DNA of 64,000 bases. It comes from Lophium mytilinum. Lineage: Eukaryota. The notes below the pieces were generated by a model, which was given only the letters and a program-made list of their open reading frames with translations, was not told where the DNA came from and did no database searches. The translations under genes were made by a program, and so were the position numbers. The stretch lies in NCBI GenBank assembly GCA_010093605.1, contig MU004183.1, positions 1,984,001 to 2,048,000 of the forward strand, in the 5' to 3' direction. Below, in pieces: positions 1-11,913 of this stretch. Within the stretch, counting starts at the first letter, position 1. Each line of letters opens with the position of its first letter.

Positions 1-660
1 GCGCGTTTCTCTATATAGAAATTAAATAGGCCTAGGCTAAGTAGAAGAAATATACTAATATAGAATAATAACCGGCTTATATATATTACCTAGGTAATTA
101 AGTTATATTAAATAGACGCTTTATTAAAATAATACACCTAAATAAGAAGCTTAACTTTAAGAAACTAGGCCTCTTTAAGATTCTAGAGAGCTATAAAAAT
201 AGAAGCGCGTATAAGCTTAATCTACTAAAAGGTATAGAGAATATCTATCTAGTATTCTACCTATAGCTTCTCTATCTAGCTAACGCTATTTCTATAAAAG
301 AATAATATAATTCTAAACCTCCCCCTATTAAAATAATATCTATATACTAGAAAGGCGATACTAAAGAAATTATAGATAGCTACCTAGATAGAAGATAACT
401 TAACCCTACTATAGGTAAAAGGGGTATACTCTAATATAAAATTAAGTTTATTAGATAGGATAATAAACCCTAATAGAATAACTATAATTATACTAATAGT
501 TATCCTTATTTTATAGTAGATTTCTACTATTACTACCCTAAGAAGCTAGGGCCTTACTTATTATTTATACTACTATTAGACTAGAAACTAACCTTAGCTA
601 CTATTCTTACTACTATAGACCTCTATATAACTAATACTGCGGAAGCTATATAATTTAATT
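1..660 (+). mobile_element. RIP-degenerate Ty3/Gypsy (chromovirus) pol 3' end: integrase C-terminal GPF/Y region plus chromodomain
   Basis: From 141 the + strand reads NKKLNFKKLGLFKILE...AYKLNLLKGIENIYLVFYL*LLYL. Reversing C->T/G->A changes gives KKLDFKKLGPFKI...AYKLDLP...IHPVFHPWLLHL. This is followed by a chromodomain-like KEIIDS...YKIKF...IVDFYYYYPKKLGP. TpA is in strong excess, CpA/TpG are depleted and stops are frequent. Confidence 0.85.
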
Positions 661-840
661 ACTAGACTAGCAGTTAAATTAATTTATTAAGGAGGCCTAA
701 CTATAGATATGCGCAATAATTAAATATAATATAATAGCGTAGATTATTATAAGTATCTAGTAGTAGGCTAGTAGCTATAAAGGCTATATAGCTTCTTATA
801 GCTCTATTATAGCCGGCCCTAGTTTAAATAAATAATAAGA

Positions 841-940
841 TAGTAATACTACGCATAGCAATACTATATATAGTAATACTGCGTATAGTAATACTATATA
901 TAGTAATACTATATAGAGTAATATAGCGTATAGTAATACT
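841..940. repeat. 15-bp tandem repeat (~6-7 copies, TAGTAATACT(G/A)(C/T)(G/A)TA-like) in the retroelement 3' untranslated region
   Basis: tagtaatactacgca / tagcaatactatata / tagtaatactgcgta / tagtaatactatata ... recur with a 15-nt period. Confidence 0.8.
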
Positions 941-1154
941 AGTAGACTATTAAAAAAGCTATATAAAACTATAGAAGGCTATATAAAAATAGAAAGAATA
1001 AGTAATCCTCTATAAATTAATTTATTTTCTTTATTTAAATTATAGCTATAGCATAACCTAGCACTTTATTTAATAGATATTTAAGCGGTTATAGATACTC
1101 TAGTATAGAAAGGACTCTCTTATAAGAAGGAGGCTTTAATTAGAAGGCTTCTTT

Positions 1155-1400
1155 AGAGGGGGGAGATGTATTATAGCTATATATTTACGCATAATATATA
1201 ACTAGAGGTTATATAATAGAGGCTCTATAGAATAGATAAATATTACTCCGCCCTTTAGATTATTATAATACCTATTCTAGGAATCTCTTTCTCTCTTATA
1301 TTTATCTTTTATTAATATTAATACTATTTAATCTAATATTCTAACCTTAAGCTCTAATATATATACTATAGCCTTATACCTAAATATCCTCTAGTTTCTT
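1155..1400 (+). mobile_element. Polypurine tract and probable RIP-mutated 3' LTR of the Gypsy element
   Basis: The purine run AGAGGGGGGAGA (~1155-1166) is followed by TATTATAG, consistent with a RIP-altered TGTTA LTR start, downstream of the chromodomain. The right LTR boundary is a guess. Confidence 0.55.
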
Positions 1401-1499
1401 TACTATAGGCAGCTTCTTTCTTAGGCATAGATATAGGGGTATTCTTAGGGCCTAGTTAGCTATTAGAGACTAAGAAAATTAAGCTCTAAGTAGCTATTA

Positions 1500-3700
1500 G
1501 AGTGCCTACCTATCTAGTAGAGTAATTTAGCACTATATTTATAAACTATATAGAATTATTTAATACCTAAATAGTCTACTTAACTTCTAGTATGCCTATA
1601 GAGATGCCTATTATAGTAATTTAGCTGCCCTATATTCTAATCTATATTAATTAAGTTAATTTCTATCTACTTATAATACTTACTACTTATTCTATATAAG
1701 TAGTAGCCTTTTAAGCTTACTAAAGATATAATATTCTTTTATATAATTCTAGCCCTCTACTATATTATTACGCGCGCTAAGCTATACTTACTAGGTCCTA
1801 TTAAGTATTATATTTAAATTAAGATAAATTATACTAAGTTATATTTATAGGTGTATAAATATAGCTATAGCTATAGCTATATATAGTTTAATAAGGTATA
1901 GTAGAGCCTATTAGGCGCCCTTTATAGTATAGTATAATAGCTAGAGCCTTAATAAGAAGAAAAGAATCTATAGATAAGTTTACCTTATTTAGAATAGAAT
2001 AATTAAACTACTAGTATAGATAAATATTCTTCTAGATAACTATATATATAGATATTACTATAGTATATAATTTTTAGTATATTTTATAATAGTAAGGTAT
2101 ACTATATATCCCCCTAAATATTCTATTATAAACTAGGTTAAAATTATTCTTCTTAGCCTTCTTAATCTAGCTAGTAAGTAGCCTTAGGCCCTACTTAGTA
2201 ACCTTTTAAAGAACCTTAGTAAACTTAAAAATCTTTATCTTATACTAAGAAGCTCTATACTAGCGGCTAAGCCGGTTTTTTCTCTTAATAGTTTAGCGGT
2301 AAATATATTAAAATAGTAAGGTAACTATATTATAGAGGTCGCCTATTAAGATCTAAAGATAGAACTTAATACTACTATTTAAGCCCTCTAGGTATAAGGT
2401 TATAGTATTTCTAAAGTATAGTAGAAGAGTAGTATAGTACTTAGTAATCTACTATTAAAAAGGCTACTACTCTTTAGTAAGGTAGTTAACTAGCTCTTAT
2501 TTATATATATAATCTTCTTCTATAATCTTCTTCTAGGTAGCTTTAAACACCGCCTCTATAGGTTTTAATAGGTAGAAGTTAAACTTATTAATAAACTTCT
2601 TTCTATCTCTCTATATATCTTCTATCTTAGCTACTAATAGATCTTAAGAGGTATAAGATAGAGCTTATAGATCTATAGTATTTATTACTTTCTACTTATT
2701 TTTCTTTTAAATAGCTATAGCCTTACTAGTAATATTCTTTTATATATACTATTTATAGAGAATCTAAGAAATAGTAGAAAAAAACTTAGCTAGTATATTC
2801 TTAAGTGTAAGCTCTTTATCTATAATAAAAATATCTAGTAAAATACCTAGGCGCTAGTATATTAAGTAAAGCTCCCGCACTATAAAGATATAGTTTTTCT
2901 CTTCTTCTTCTAGAAGGAAATAATAGCTAAGCTTATAGTTCCTGCCTTAATTATTAATACTATTAAGGTATAGTAGTAGTATCTTAAAGTAATTAGTTTT
3001 ATAGGTATAATTAAGAAGTATAATATCTAGATAGCGCTAGAGCATCTTAATACTTTTAGAATATATAAAGAATAAGTACTTAACCCGGTTTACTTTATCT
3101 AGCTTATATTTATAGTAGTAATAAGCGTCTAGATTATTACTACTATATATTTTAAGTACCTTAAGAATAGCCTAAGTTAGAGTAAGGCTATTAAGCTTTA
3201 ATTTCTTCTATTTCTATCTCTTATTATATAGGTCCTATATTATTACCTTTTTACTAGTACTTTTAGCTAGAAGGTTATTAAAGATAGAATCTATAGGCGT
3301 GCCTCTATTAAGCTAGTTATTAATAGTTTAGATAGTATTCTTATTAAGATCTTAGTATATAACTAGAGTTTTATTCTTAGAATTATACGCCTTATAATTA
3401 TAAGCTAAAACCTTAACCTAGAAGAACTAATTATTTTATAGTAGATCTCTTATAAAGGCCCTTTTTATAAGATAATTAAACTTCTTAGTATATATACTAT
3501 ACTTTTTATTAGCTAGAATATACTCTTCTATATACTTATATTAAACTATTATCTTATATATCTAAGAGGGGCTCTATTTATCTATTTTTCTATTATATTT
3601 AATAATTATATAGCCCTTATACTTTACCTATATATTAATAGACTTTATACCTTTATTAATAGAATTATAGCGGCCCTAGGGGGGCGGCTAAAAGGGTATA
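1500..3700 (-). mobile_element. RIP-inactivated Mutator-like (MULE/Hop-type) DNA transposase pseudogene
   Basis: The minus strand at ~3090-2730 reads NRVKYLFF...DIILLNYTYKTNYFKILLL (= DCTYKTNRFKMPLL), ...DIFIIDKELTLKNIL...FF (= VTDKELALKNAL..FP) and LYK*YIKKNI (= LCxWHIxKN). A FAR1-like N-terminus (YNSI...SINI*VK.KGY) lies near 3670-3600. Ends are approximate. Confidence 0.85.
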
Positions 3701-4913
3701 GTAGTAAAGTAATAATATAGAGAAAGTAGTATTAATATATTAAAAGAGAGAGTATATAGGTAATTATAAATTTAAATTAAGTATAAGTAGGTAAGTAAGT
3801 AAGTTTAATTAGTAGAATAATGTTAATACGGCGCCGGAGCTAGTCAAAAGGAGGGGGGGTAATACGCAGAGAATAGGGGGGTGATACGCAGAGAGAGGGG
3901 GGGTTACAAGCAAGCTCCTCCTTTTGCTTTGGTGCATCGCCGACGGCGAGAAGGGCTCGGAACGAAGGCTGCTGTTCAGGCACGTGACGCATGATCAGCG
4001 ATCTTTTACGTACATATGTATATTCATACTGCAGCGACACGTTGGCAAAGATAATCCCTACCTCTTTTCATATTGTCCTACCACCTCTTTTTTACATGGT
4101 CTTTCCTTCCCTTCTTCCGTCCTTGTCAAAGATTCACACTCTGAAGGATTCCAGCTAGGCCAGATGGATCAACCTTCCGAAATGGGCACAACCCGATTTT
4201 AGTCCCTTGGAACAGCAGCTTTTGCCTCTGTCACATTTATTAGATGCATTAATGGACAGAAGAGTTTCAGTGTCCGCCTCTTTCACTTCCAAATCTTCAT
4301 TGATCATCTACCGAAGCTCGGGTATCATGCCTCGTATCGTAACAAGGCCTAGCGGTTCCAAGGGTGCTAATTATATCTGAATTCACCCCAGTCATACATA
4401 GTCACGGACATGACGCATGGTATGGGGTAGAGATGGACATTGATATGGAGTCGCCAAGATCTTGGCTTTGCTTGGTCGGTGGGTCTTGAGACCTCGGGGA
4501 AGAACGGGGGTGTCTAAAACAGAACAGATTTTACCTGGGTATATGTGCTTAAATCTAGAGAGCAGTCGAACGAACCAGTAACGTTCCCTAACAAATGCCC
4601 AGAAAGAAGGCGAGATGCATTCTCAGGTTGAGGCTCATGGCTCCTTGGAGGAAGGTTATGATTTGTTCGTTGCGCGTAAGGCCGTACATCTACCTAGGAC
4701 TTAAGGTAGAACGAACTACGTAGCCGCTATTCGCCATCAAGTGTTCACCAAGGACGGAGGAAGACCAAGTCAAGCGAAACAAATTATTGGTTACTTTTAT
4801 ATTATTAGATTAAACATTACCATCTCTACTACCAAACAACAGCAACTAACAACAATACAACACATCAAAAGACCAATCTCGCAAAACCAAAACAACACCC
4901 CTTCTCACCTCCT

Positions 4914-5934
4914 CTAAAGCTCCGCAAACACAACCCCCATAGCACCCATCCCCAACCCAACACCCCACACCCTCGCATCCAACCAGCCGGGCACCTCAAC
5001 ACCAGGCGCAGCGTTGACGGTCTGCTGTGGCGGCTGGCCGTTCCCGCCTTCGCCGTTTCCGCCTTCGCCATTGCCTCCCTGCCCGTTTCCACCCTGGCCA
5101 TTGCCGCCGTTGCCGCCTTGGCCGTTGCCTCCGTTGCCGCCATTGCCACCATTTCCACCAGTCGTCGAGGTGAAGATGGTGGTCTGACCCGCGCCGTTCG
5201 TGGTCGTGACAACAGTGATGGGCGGCGGGACGGTGATGGTGGTGTTCGAGAAGCCGGTGGTGGTGCTGTTGGAGGGGCTGAAGCTCGTCGTCGTAGCGTT
5301 CGTGGGGCTCACGGTTATGGTGACGTTGACGGTCGTGAGTGACGTGCTCACGCGAACGCGGGAGGATCGGGAGGATGAGGAGGAAGGGCCCGTAGAGATG
5401 GGAGCGAGGGTGGTAGTGGCGGAGACGGTGGATGATGGGGTTGAGGAGGGGCTCGAGGAGGAGGCCACGCTGCTGGAGACATCCGACACGACGCGGATGT
5501 TGGGGCAGTAGTTTATAAAGAAGGCGGAGGAGGCTGTGTGTATGGGTTAGCGGATGTTGTGGGAGTGGTGAGTGGGGCGGGGGATGTGAGATGGCAGCGT
5601 ACTCTGGAGATCAGTCCCGGAGCATTGCTGGTTGATGATGCGGTTGATGGTGGTGATGAGGTCGAGCTTGGAGCAGATGCAGGTTTTGTCCGCGGGGTTG
5701 CAGCCATCTTGAGCAATGGCAACGATCACAGCGCGTTGCTACCGTCAAGTCAGTTTCCAGAACAACTTTCTCACGTCCGAAAGAAGAAGAGGAGAAGGAG
5801 ATGCTACGCACAGCACAATCTGAAATGCCAGCTACGGCGCTACCGGAGGGGAAGTTGTACGAGGGCGGTGCCTGAGCCGCGCTCCATGCGGTGCCAACGA
5901 GGGCGAGCGCTATGCTACTGGTGCTGAAGTGCAT
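4914..5934 (-). CDS. CFEM-domain, Ser/Thr-rich, probably GPI-anchored cell-surface protein (2 introns)
   Basis: Signal peptide MHFSTSSIALALVGTAWSAAQ and a Cys pattern across exons (DCA..DGCNPADKTCICSK...QQCSG...NYCP). These are followed by an S/T stalk, (GGNG[Q/E])n repeats and a hydrophobic C-terminus (VWGVGLGMGAMGVVFAEL). Confidence 0.8.
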
Positions 5935-6991
5935 GCTTGAGATCAGGGAGTTTGGTAACGATTGACTGATGAGGAACAAGCAAAGAGTATGATTTGGCGC
6001 AAAGCGAGGGAGATATGAAACTCAATCAACGATGGTGGTAATTCCTGACACTTGGTTCTTTTTGTGGTACTTCTGTGCAAAGCAGGATCGAGGCGGTTCA
6101 CTTCTCTCTCCGTCCCCTGTTATATGTGGCCATGTTTCTTGGGCATGGCCGCATGCGATCGTGAAGTGTGAGGCTTCAAAGACTGCCACGGGACGAAGAT
6201 GCTATTATTATTTTGGGAGACGCATCCGGGTCGTGTCTTTGTTGTGAAAACTGAGGTCATCGTGGTCGGTTGAGGTCGTTGGATTCGGTTACTGGATGCG
6301 GAAGCGAGGAATGCAGGTTTGCAGGATGATAAAGCGGCGCACAGCATTGCTTTGTTTCTTGTTCCTGAGGTCGCTGGGAGGAGGTAAGATAGCCGTAGGT
6401 AATTGAGGAGTCTTTGTGAGGATGCGAGCAGAACAGATTTCTGGTAACATCGTGCGCTTCGCTGCATGTAACATGCAGTACAACTGCAGCATAGCCAGGC
6501 CGTTCTGGACCTATTTGAATAGCTTATGACGACGATACGGTGATCTTGTCCACATTTTGAAATATATGAGTTTGCAGTGTCTTCGTAGAAGTCCTAGGCT
6601 TTCTAACTGCTCCACGTTCTGGGTATCTTGGGGCGTAAGAATTTCGTAGAGTCGTTCTGCTCTTTCAATCTAACCTAGCCTTAGAATCGAAGCCACAAGG
6701 CCCGCTTCCGGCAATGTTTTCCCTATGAAGCGTGCGCCATGTGGGCTTAAGTAGTATGTGCATAGCTCGAATATGCAGAGACTTTTAAGCGTCCGTACGG
6801 ACTTAGCTGTGAATATGTGATGCTCGTCCTACGACGATCATTCCGCTCCTCTGCAAGGACTAACAGTTAACAGAAGTCCACAGATGCACAGTCATGAAAA
6901 GATCACCTGGGAACCGTCTTTCGTAAAAACGTCTTGGTTCTAAGACCTTACATTTACAGCCATTATGTATACACCCGCAATGAACTTCTGC

Positions 6992-7981
6992 TTATATATC
7001 CACAACCTCCACCCTCTTTCTTAGTTTCCCCGTATTCCCATGCATTTGTGCTGCATTGACCAACCTCGTGTTCCTCCTTTGCCCTCCCCAAACTTTATCC
7101 CACAGCAGCCCCCTGATTCCGTACACGACCACCCTGACCCCCTCGCGCCACAGCTTCCAATCTAGCAATCCCCTAGTCCAGCCTGACGCCCTCTGCATGC
7201 CCCTAGCATATGCATTCTCGCACTCATCCCACCAGCACACCGCTTGCCCCGCGCCCCGATGTATATGCCCAAACACATGTAGTAAAGGCTTTACGCGCTT
7301 GACTTCATCATATAAATGCTCACAGCCCATGCCCGAGGGAAGTGGTAGGTCCAGGTGGTGCTTCGGCGGCGTATGCGTGACCAGCACGTCTGTGTCGGAT
7401 GGGATAGTTTCGGACCATGCATCCATCCCGCGCGGGTATTGAAATGCATTTGTCGCGAAAGAGCCGCAAGCAGGGAGCTGGGGTGCGCCGTAGACGCGTA
7501 TCCGCCTGCTCTTCGCGGTTCCTGAGGGTTCGGACGATGGCGTGGATATGGTCAGTGTGACGGAGTTGTGCTGTAGGTAGTGGATGCCGTTCCACTCTAA
7601 TCTGCCTTCTCTATCAGCCTCAGGCAGCGAGGGCCGCGTCCGAGGATCGAAGTATGTGTCATGGTTTCCTGATATTGCGATCTTGTGGTTATGAGGGAGG
7701 GAGGCGAGCCAATTGATTTGTTCTTGGATGGACGGGATGCTGCCGTCGTTCGTTAGGTCGCCGGCGTGGATGAGTATGTCGCCCGGAGGCACGTCGGCGG
7801 TTAAGGAGTGGGTGTCTGAGATGCAGACTATCCGTATAGGATGATCGAGCGGTGTCGGGGAGGTTCGGAGAAAGGTGAGGATGCGGTAGGTTTGCTGGAG
7901 GAGCAGCTTGACGGGGCATGTTAGGATGAGGTAGAGTAGCGGTGCTGGCTCGAATGGATCTAAAGCTTGTAGGAAGGGCAT
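6992..7981 (-). CDS. Calcineurin-like metallophosphoesterase (MPPED/239FB-like)
   Basis: Motifs CISDTH, HAGDLT, SGNHD, VTHTPP and FGHIH. The start is taken at MPFLQ; an in-frame ATG exists upstream at 8068. Confidence 0.9.
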   Translation of the reverse strand: MPFLQALDPFEPAPLLYLILTCPVKLLLQQTYRILTFLRTSPTPLDHPIRIVCISDTHSLTADVPPGDILIHAGDLTNDGSIPSIQEQINWLASLPHNHKIAISGNHDTYFDPRTRPSLPEADREGRLEWNGIHYLQHNSVTLTISTPSSEPSGTAKSRRIRVYGAPQLPACGSFATNAFQYPRGMDAWSETIPSDTDVLVTHTPPKHHLDLPLPSGMGCEHLYDEVKRVKPLLHVFGHIHRGAGQAVCWWDECENAYARGMQRASGWTRGLLDWKLWREGVRVVVYGIRGLLWDKVWGGQRRNTRLVNAAQMHGNTGKLRKRVEVVDI

Positions 7982-8711
7982 TGTATGCTCCGGAATGTGA
8001 TGTGAGTGCGGACAGACAGCAGCAGAGGTCCATTCACTCAAGCCTCTTGGCCATGTTGAGGTTGACATGGTGGCGCCATAGAATGCTCACCGCTGCGAAC
8101 AGCCAATAGTATGGGGTTAGTGCAGACGATCTTCCCAAGACACAGTTGGTAAGGACGACAGTGGAGCCTCAATGGTGGCTATGGAGACCTGAGGAGTCCA
8201 GCCTGGACACACTGTGGCGGGTGGAGTGCGTGTGACATGGAGGTGGGCTGTGTTGTTGTTTCTAACTTTTGCAACTTCGAGCGTCAGGAGTCCTACGAGG
8301 CGCATTCATCGCACACCGTCAATGAGAAAGTATCACACAGCCTTCCCTCTAGGTATGAAGAGACTGGAAGTACAGACGCGTTATCTAGCTTATGAATAAG
8401 TGGATGCTAAGATGCCCCTCAATTTTATGCATCAGCGCAGCCTAAGGCTGCATGGCCCCTGATGGCGATACCTACTTCGGACGAGGCTGAGCTCTGCCTT
8501 GCGACGGGCGTTAACTGTAACATGCTGCCTCCGACGTATAAGCCTGGCCTCCCTCGAGGCTCTCGCGCCTTTTTCGTCCGGTCAGTTTTGTAGACTCCAA
8601 AAGTGCATATATCAGCGCCATCCCCTGTTGCTTTCCTTTCTGTCCCAGCATCGCCTTATTCCCGTCAAATGTTCTCTTGATTTTCCACACTGTTATTTTT
8701 ACATCGCAATT

Positions 8712-10697
8712 ATGGCTGAGGCCGGTCTGTTACTGAGCGTTGCGTCGTTGACGTTCCAAGTCTTCTCCGGATGTGTCCAAGGCTATCAGCTCATCACTGA
8801 TGCGAAGAACATGCCCAAAGAATTCCAGTATCTGCGCGTACGCTTAAAGACGGAGCAATATCGACTCCTCGATTGGGCACACGTCGTCCAGCTAGACGAG
8901 CAAGATGACCGTTTGCTTATCAGCAACGCCAGCAAGGGCACCTTACTAGATGTGCTCGACCAGCAGAACAAGCTCCTCCAGGCGTTCGGAAAGGTCGACG
9001 AGAAGTATAAGAGGCTTCGAAAACCACTGCTCACAGACGCCGAGGAATTCACGGGCGAGCTGCCTAATCCGCCACCATACACGCCAGAAACCTCTCCTTT
9101 AGAGCCGACGTCTCCAAATGGAATCCCTGGAATCACCCGGGCCGACACCAATTTCCAGAGCAGATTTCCGCAGTCGGAGCTTCTCATGAAGAAGGCCCTC
9201 AGCTGGGCCAGCCAGACTCGCACATATCCCAAACGGCTAGCATGGGCCAGTTGGGACAAGACCAAAGTCGAGCAGCTCATCCTCAAGCTTACGGCATTCA
9301 ACGACTTCATGCGCGAGATGCTCAACCAGAGCCAGCTACAGTCTCTAGCTGTGAAGCAGACCAGGACCGAGTTCCAGATCATGCAGCTGAACGGCAAGAT
9401 GGAGCAGCTAGTGCAAATCTTCGAGTCTGCGCTGTCATTGAAGGGCTCCAGGAGCCGCCCACCTACCGACCCTTTACGAGCCTTTCTCCAGTCACGCGGC
9501 CTTGCCGATAAAGAAGAGGAGATGGCCGCAGAGCCCAGCATGCACAACCTAGCCCTACTCGCCCAAATCAAAGCCCTCAACTCCGCCATCGACTCCGGCA
9601 CTCTCACCGACGAGTTCACCAAAGACCTCGGACTAGGCCACACAGCCTCCGAGATCCGCTCCGTCGAGCTCGACATCAAAAACATCAAATTCATCGGCCC
9701 GGAGCCCGAAGAGCACGGCGAAAGCCAACGCGTCGAAGCCTACTACCAACTCCCCTCCCAAAAGCGGCGCCAAGTCTGGATCGAATGGAAATCCTACGAC
9801 CCACACACCTTCAACTCCGGACCCGACGACAAAGTCCACGAGCGCGTCAAAGCCCTCGCGGCGCTCCTCAAAGAAAACAACCGCACCGACCAATTCCGCG
9901 CGCCGCACTGCCTGGGCTACTTCCGCGACATCGACCCCGAGGGCGAAGACCACTGCCGCTTCGGGCTGGTGTTCGAGAAGCCGGCGGGCGTGCACCAATC
10001 CACGCGGCCCATCTCGCTGCTCGAGCTGCTGCGCGACGCCTCGCCCGACGCCGAGATGCCCTCGCTGACGGACCGCATCGCGCTGGCGTGCCGCATCGCC
10101 GAGTGCATCGAGCGCCTGCACGCCGTGAATTGGCTGCACAAGGGCCTGCGCAGCTCAAATATCCTCTTCTTCAGCGACACGGGCCCCCGCGACGTCGACT
10201 TCAACCTGCCCTACCTCTCCGGCTTCGACTACTCGCGCCCCGCGCAGAACGAGGATATGACGGAGAAGCCGCCGGAGAATGCGGCGTCGGATCTCTATCG
10301 CCACCCGCGCGTGCAAGGGTCTGGGAACCGTGAGACGGCGTCCGCGGGCGGGTTTAAGAAGAGCTATGATTTGTATAGCTTGGGCGTGATTTTGCTCGAG
10401 ATTGCGTACTGGCGCCCGATTGATGAGGTGTTGAAGATTCCGAATCTGCAGGAGGCGAGGCCGAGTACGACGATTAAGGTGAGGGGCAGGCTGTTGGATG
10501 AGAAGGAGGGGTATTTGAGGCATGTGAGGAGTCATTTGGGGAATACCATGCATGCGGTGGTCAAGTCGTGCTTGGAAGGGCCGCTGGCGTTTGGGCTGAA
10601 GGATGGGGATGATGAGAAGATGGAGGAGGTGGGGGCGGAGCTGCAGCGGCAGTTTTATGAGAAGGTGGTGAAGGAGTTGGGGGAGATGAATGTTTGA
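8712..10697 (+). CDS. HeLo (prion-inhibition/HET-S N-terminal)-domain protein with C-terminal protein-kinase-like (pseudokinase) domain
   Basis: The N-terminus MAEAGLLLSVASLTFQVFSGCVQGY...RLKTEQYRLLDWA is typical of HeLo. The C-terminus carries LHAVNWLHKGLRSSNILFF, GFDYSRP, YRHP and YDLYSLGVILLEIAYW. Single 661-aa exon. Confidence 0.85.
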   Translation: MAEAGLLLSVASLTFQVFSGCVQGYQLITDAKNMPKEFQYLRVRLKTEQYRLLDWAHVVQLDEQDDRLLISNASKGTLLDVLDQQNKLLQAFGKVDEKYKRLRKPLLTDAEEFTGELPNPPPYTPETSPLEPTSPNGIPGITRADTNFQSRFPQSELLMKKALSWASQTRTYPKRLAWASWDKTKVEQLILKLTAFNDFMREMLNQSQLQSLAVKQTRTEFQIMQLNGKMEQLVQIFESALSLKGSRSRPPTDPLRAFLQSRGLADKEEEMAAEPSMHNLALLAQIKALNSAIDSGTLTDEFTKDLGLGHTASEIRSVELDIKNIKFIGPEPEEHGESQRVEAYYQLPSQKRRQVWIEWKSYDPHTFNSGPDDKVHERVKALAALLKENNRTDQFRAPHCLGYFRDIDPEGEDHCRFGLVFEKPAGVHQSTRPISLLELLRDASPDAEMPSLTDRIALACRIAECIERLHAVNWLHKGLRSSNILFFSDTGPRDVDFNLPYLSGFDYSRPAQNEDMTEKPPENAASDLYRHPRVQGSGNRETASAGGFKKSYDLYSLGVILLEIAYWRPIDEVLKIPNLQEARPSTTIKVRGRLLDEKEGYLRHVRSHLGNTMHAVVKSCLEGPLAFGLKDGDDEKMEEVGAELQRQFYEKVVKELGEMNV

Positions 10698-11236
10698 GAC
10701 TACCGTTGGGGCTTTTGGATGCGAAACGCAATAGGAGAGAGTTATGGCGACATATTCTTTTGGTTATGAAGAGTCACGTTTTCTTGTGCTTGGGTCCTAG
10801 CATGAAGTCGAATTTAAGGCTGTACGATGATTAGAAGTAAATGAAACAAAGCAATGATATGTTAATTCTGTAGTATGCTCATATACCTGCTCGTCGATTC
10901 CGAAACAGTCGTCAATGCCAGTAGGATGGGGAAAGAACCGATCGAAGGTCGCACATGGTCGCACATGGAAGAAAGTCGTATCGAGATGTCAATCCACGTG
11001 TTGAAAGAGAGAAGCCAGTTGTTGCTCGGATATAAAGAACAATAGGTTTCTCCAGTAGTGGTCTGATGAGATAAGAAAAGTGAGGAGTCCCCAAGTTCAC
11101 TCCCACTCCCGCTTCTATGAGCCAGATCCTAGACCCTCAACGAGGGCATGCAATTAAAGTACAACATCAACATCGCACGCAGTGAGAAAGGGACGGGCAC
11201 GGGTGGCAGGCGTGTTGTCTGTCTGTCTGTCGCTCG

Positions 11237-11913
11237 CTAATAACCAACTTTGACCAGGTACTCCGCCAGCTCCGCCACGGAGCTGTATGCGACGGTCGTC
11301 TGGACGTCGGCTGGGTGGTGGCCTATGAGAAGGGCTTGGGTGGTTTTGATGACGATGATGCCTTCCTTGCCCTGTGTGACCATCTCGTATTAGTATCCCG
11401 AAGCGTCGGAGAGACATCCGAGTCCGCGGCGGGGAACGCTCACCTTCTTCGCCTTCAGCGAGGTGTCGTCCGAGTCGAGCGTGATGTACTTCTCCCCGTT
11501 TATGTGGATGCCGTTTGCGACGACGGCTTTGGTCTCGCCACTGTCGGTGAAGGAGTCCACTATGACCTTGCGCTCGGCTTCAGGAATCTGGTGTCCGTTA
11601 GCCCGCCGTCCCATAGTCTAGTGTATCCCCAAACACGCTTCCGCTATTATGTTGTCCCGCTGTTTGGGTTGGTGAAGGGAATAGTCTGACGCACCGAGAA
11701 GCCTGTAGTCGCGGCCCAGATGGTTTTTCCTGATGCGTCGCAGATGATGGCCTTGTCGATGTTGCCAGTGCCAACGAGGCTATAGAGGAAGCGATTAGCA
11801 AGAGAAAGGGGAGAATCAACAGTGGAAGCAATACCTCTGGTCGACGTAGGCTAGGGCCGAGTTAGCTGTCGTATGAGTGTAAACAAGGCGTGTTACTCAC
11901 CTTGCCAGGACAT
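11237..11913 (-). CDS. PFY1: Profilin (multi-intron)
   Basis: Spliced exons give MSWQAYVDQSLVGTGNIDKAII...IWAATTGFS...ANGIHINGEKYITL...KKGKEGIIVIKTT...AVAELAEYLVKVGY*. Confidence 0.93.

Noticed and set aside
8786..10553. Several long antisense and alternate-frame ORFs over the HeLo-kinase gene
   Set aside because: Shadow ORFs expected from GC-rich codon usage; they carry no recognisable motifs.
11835..11913. Very short first exons of profilin
   Set aside because: Ordinary for fungal profilin genes; not novel.
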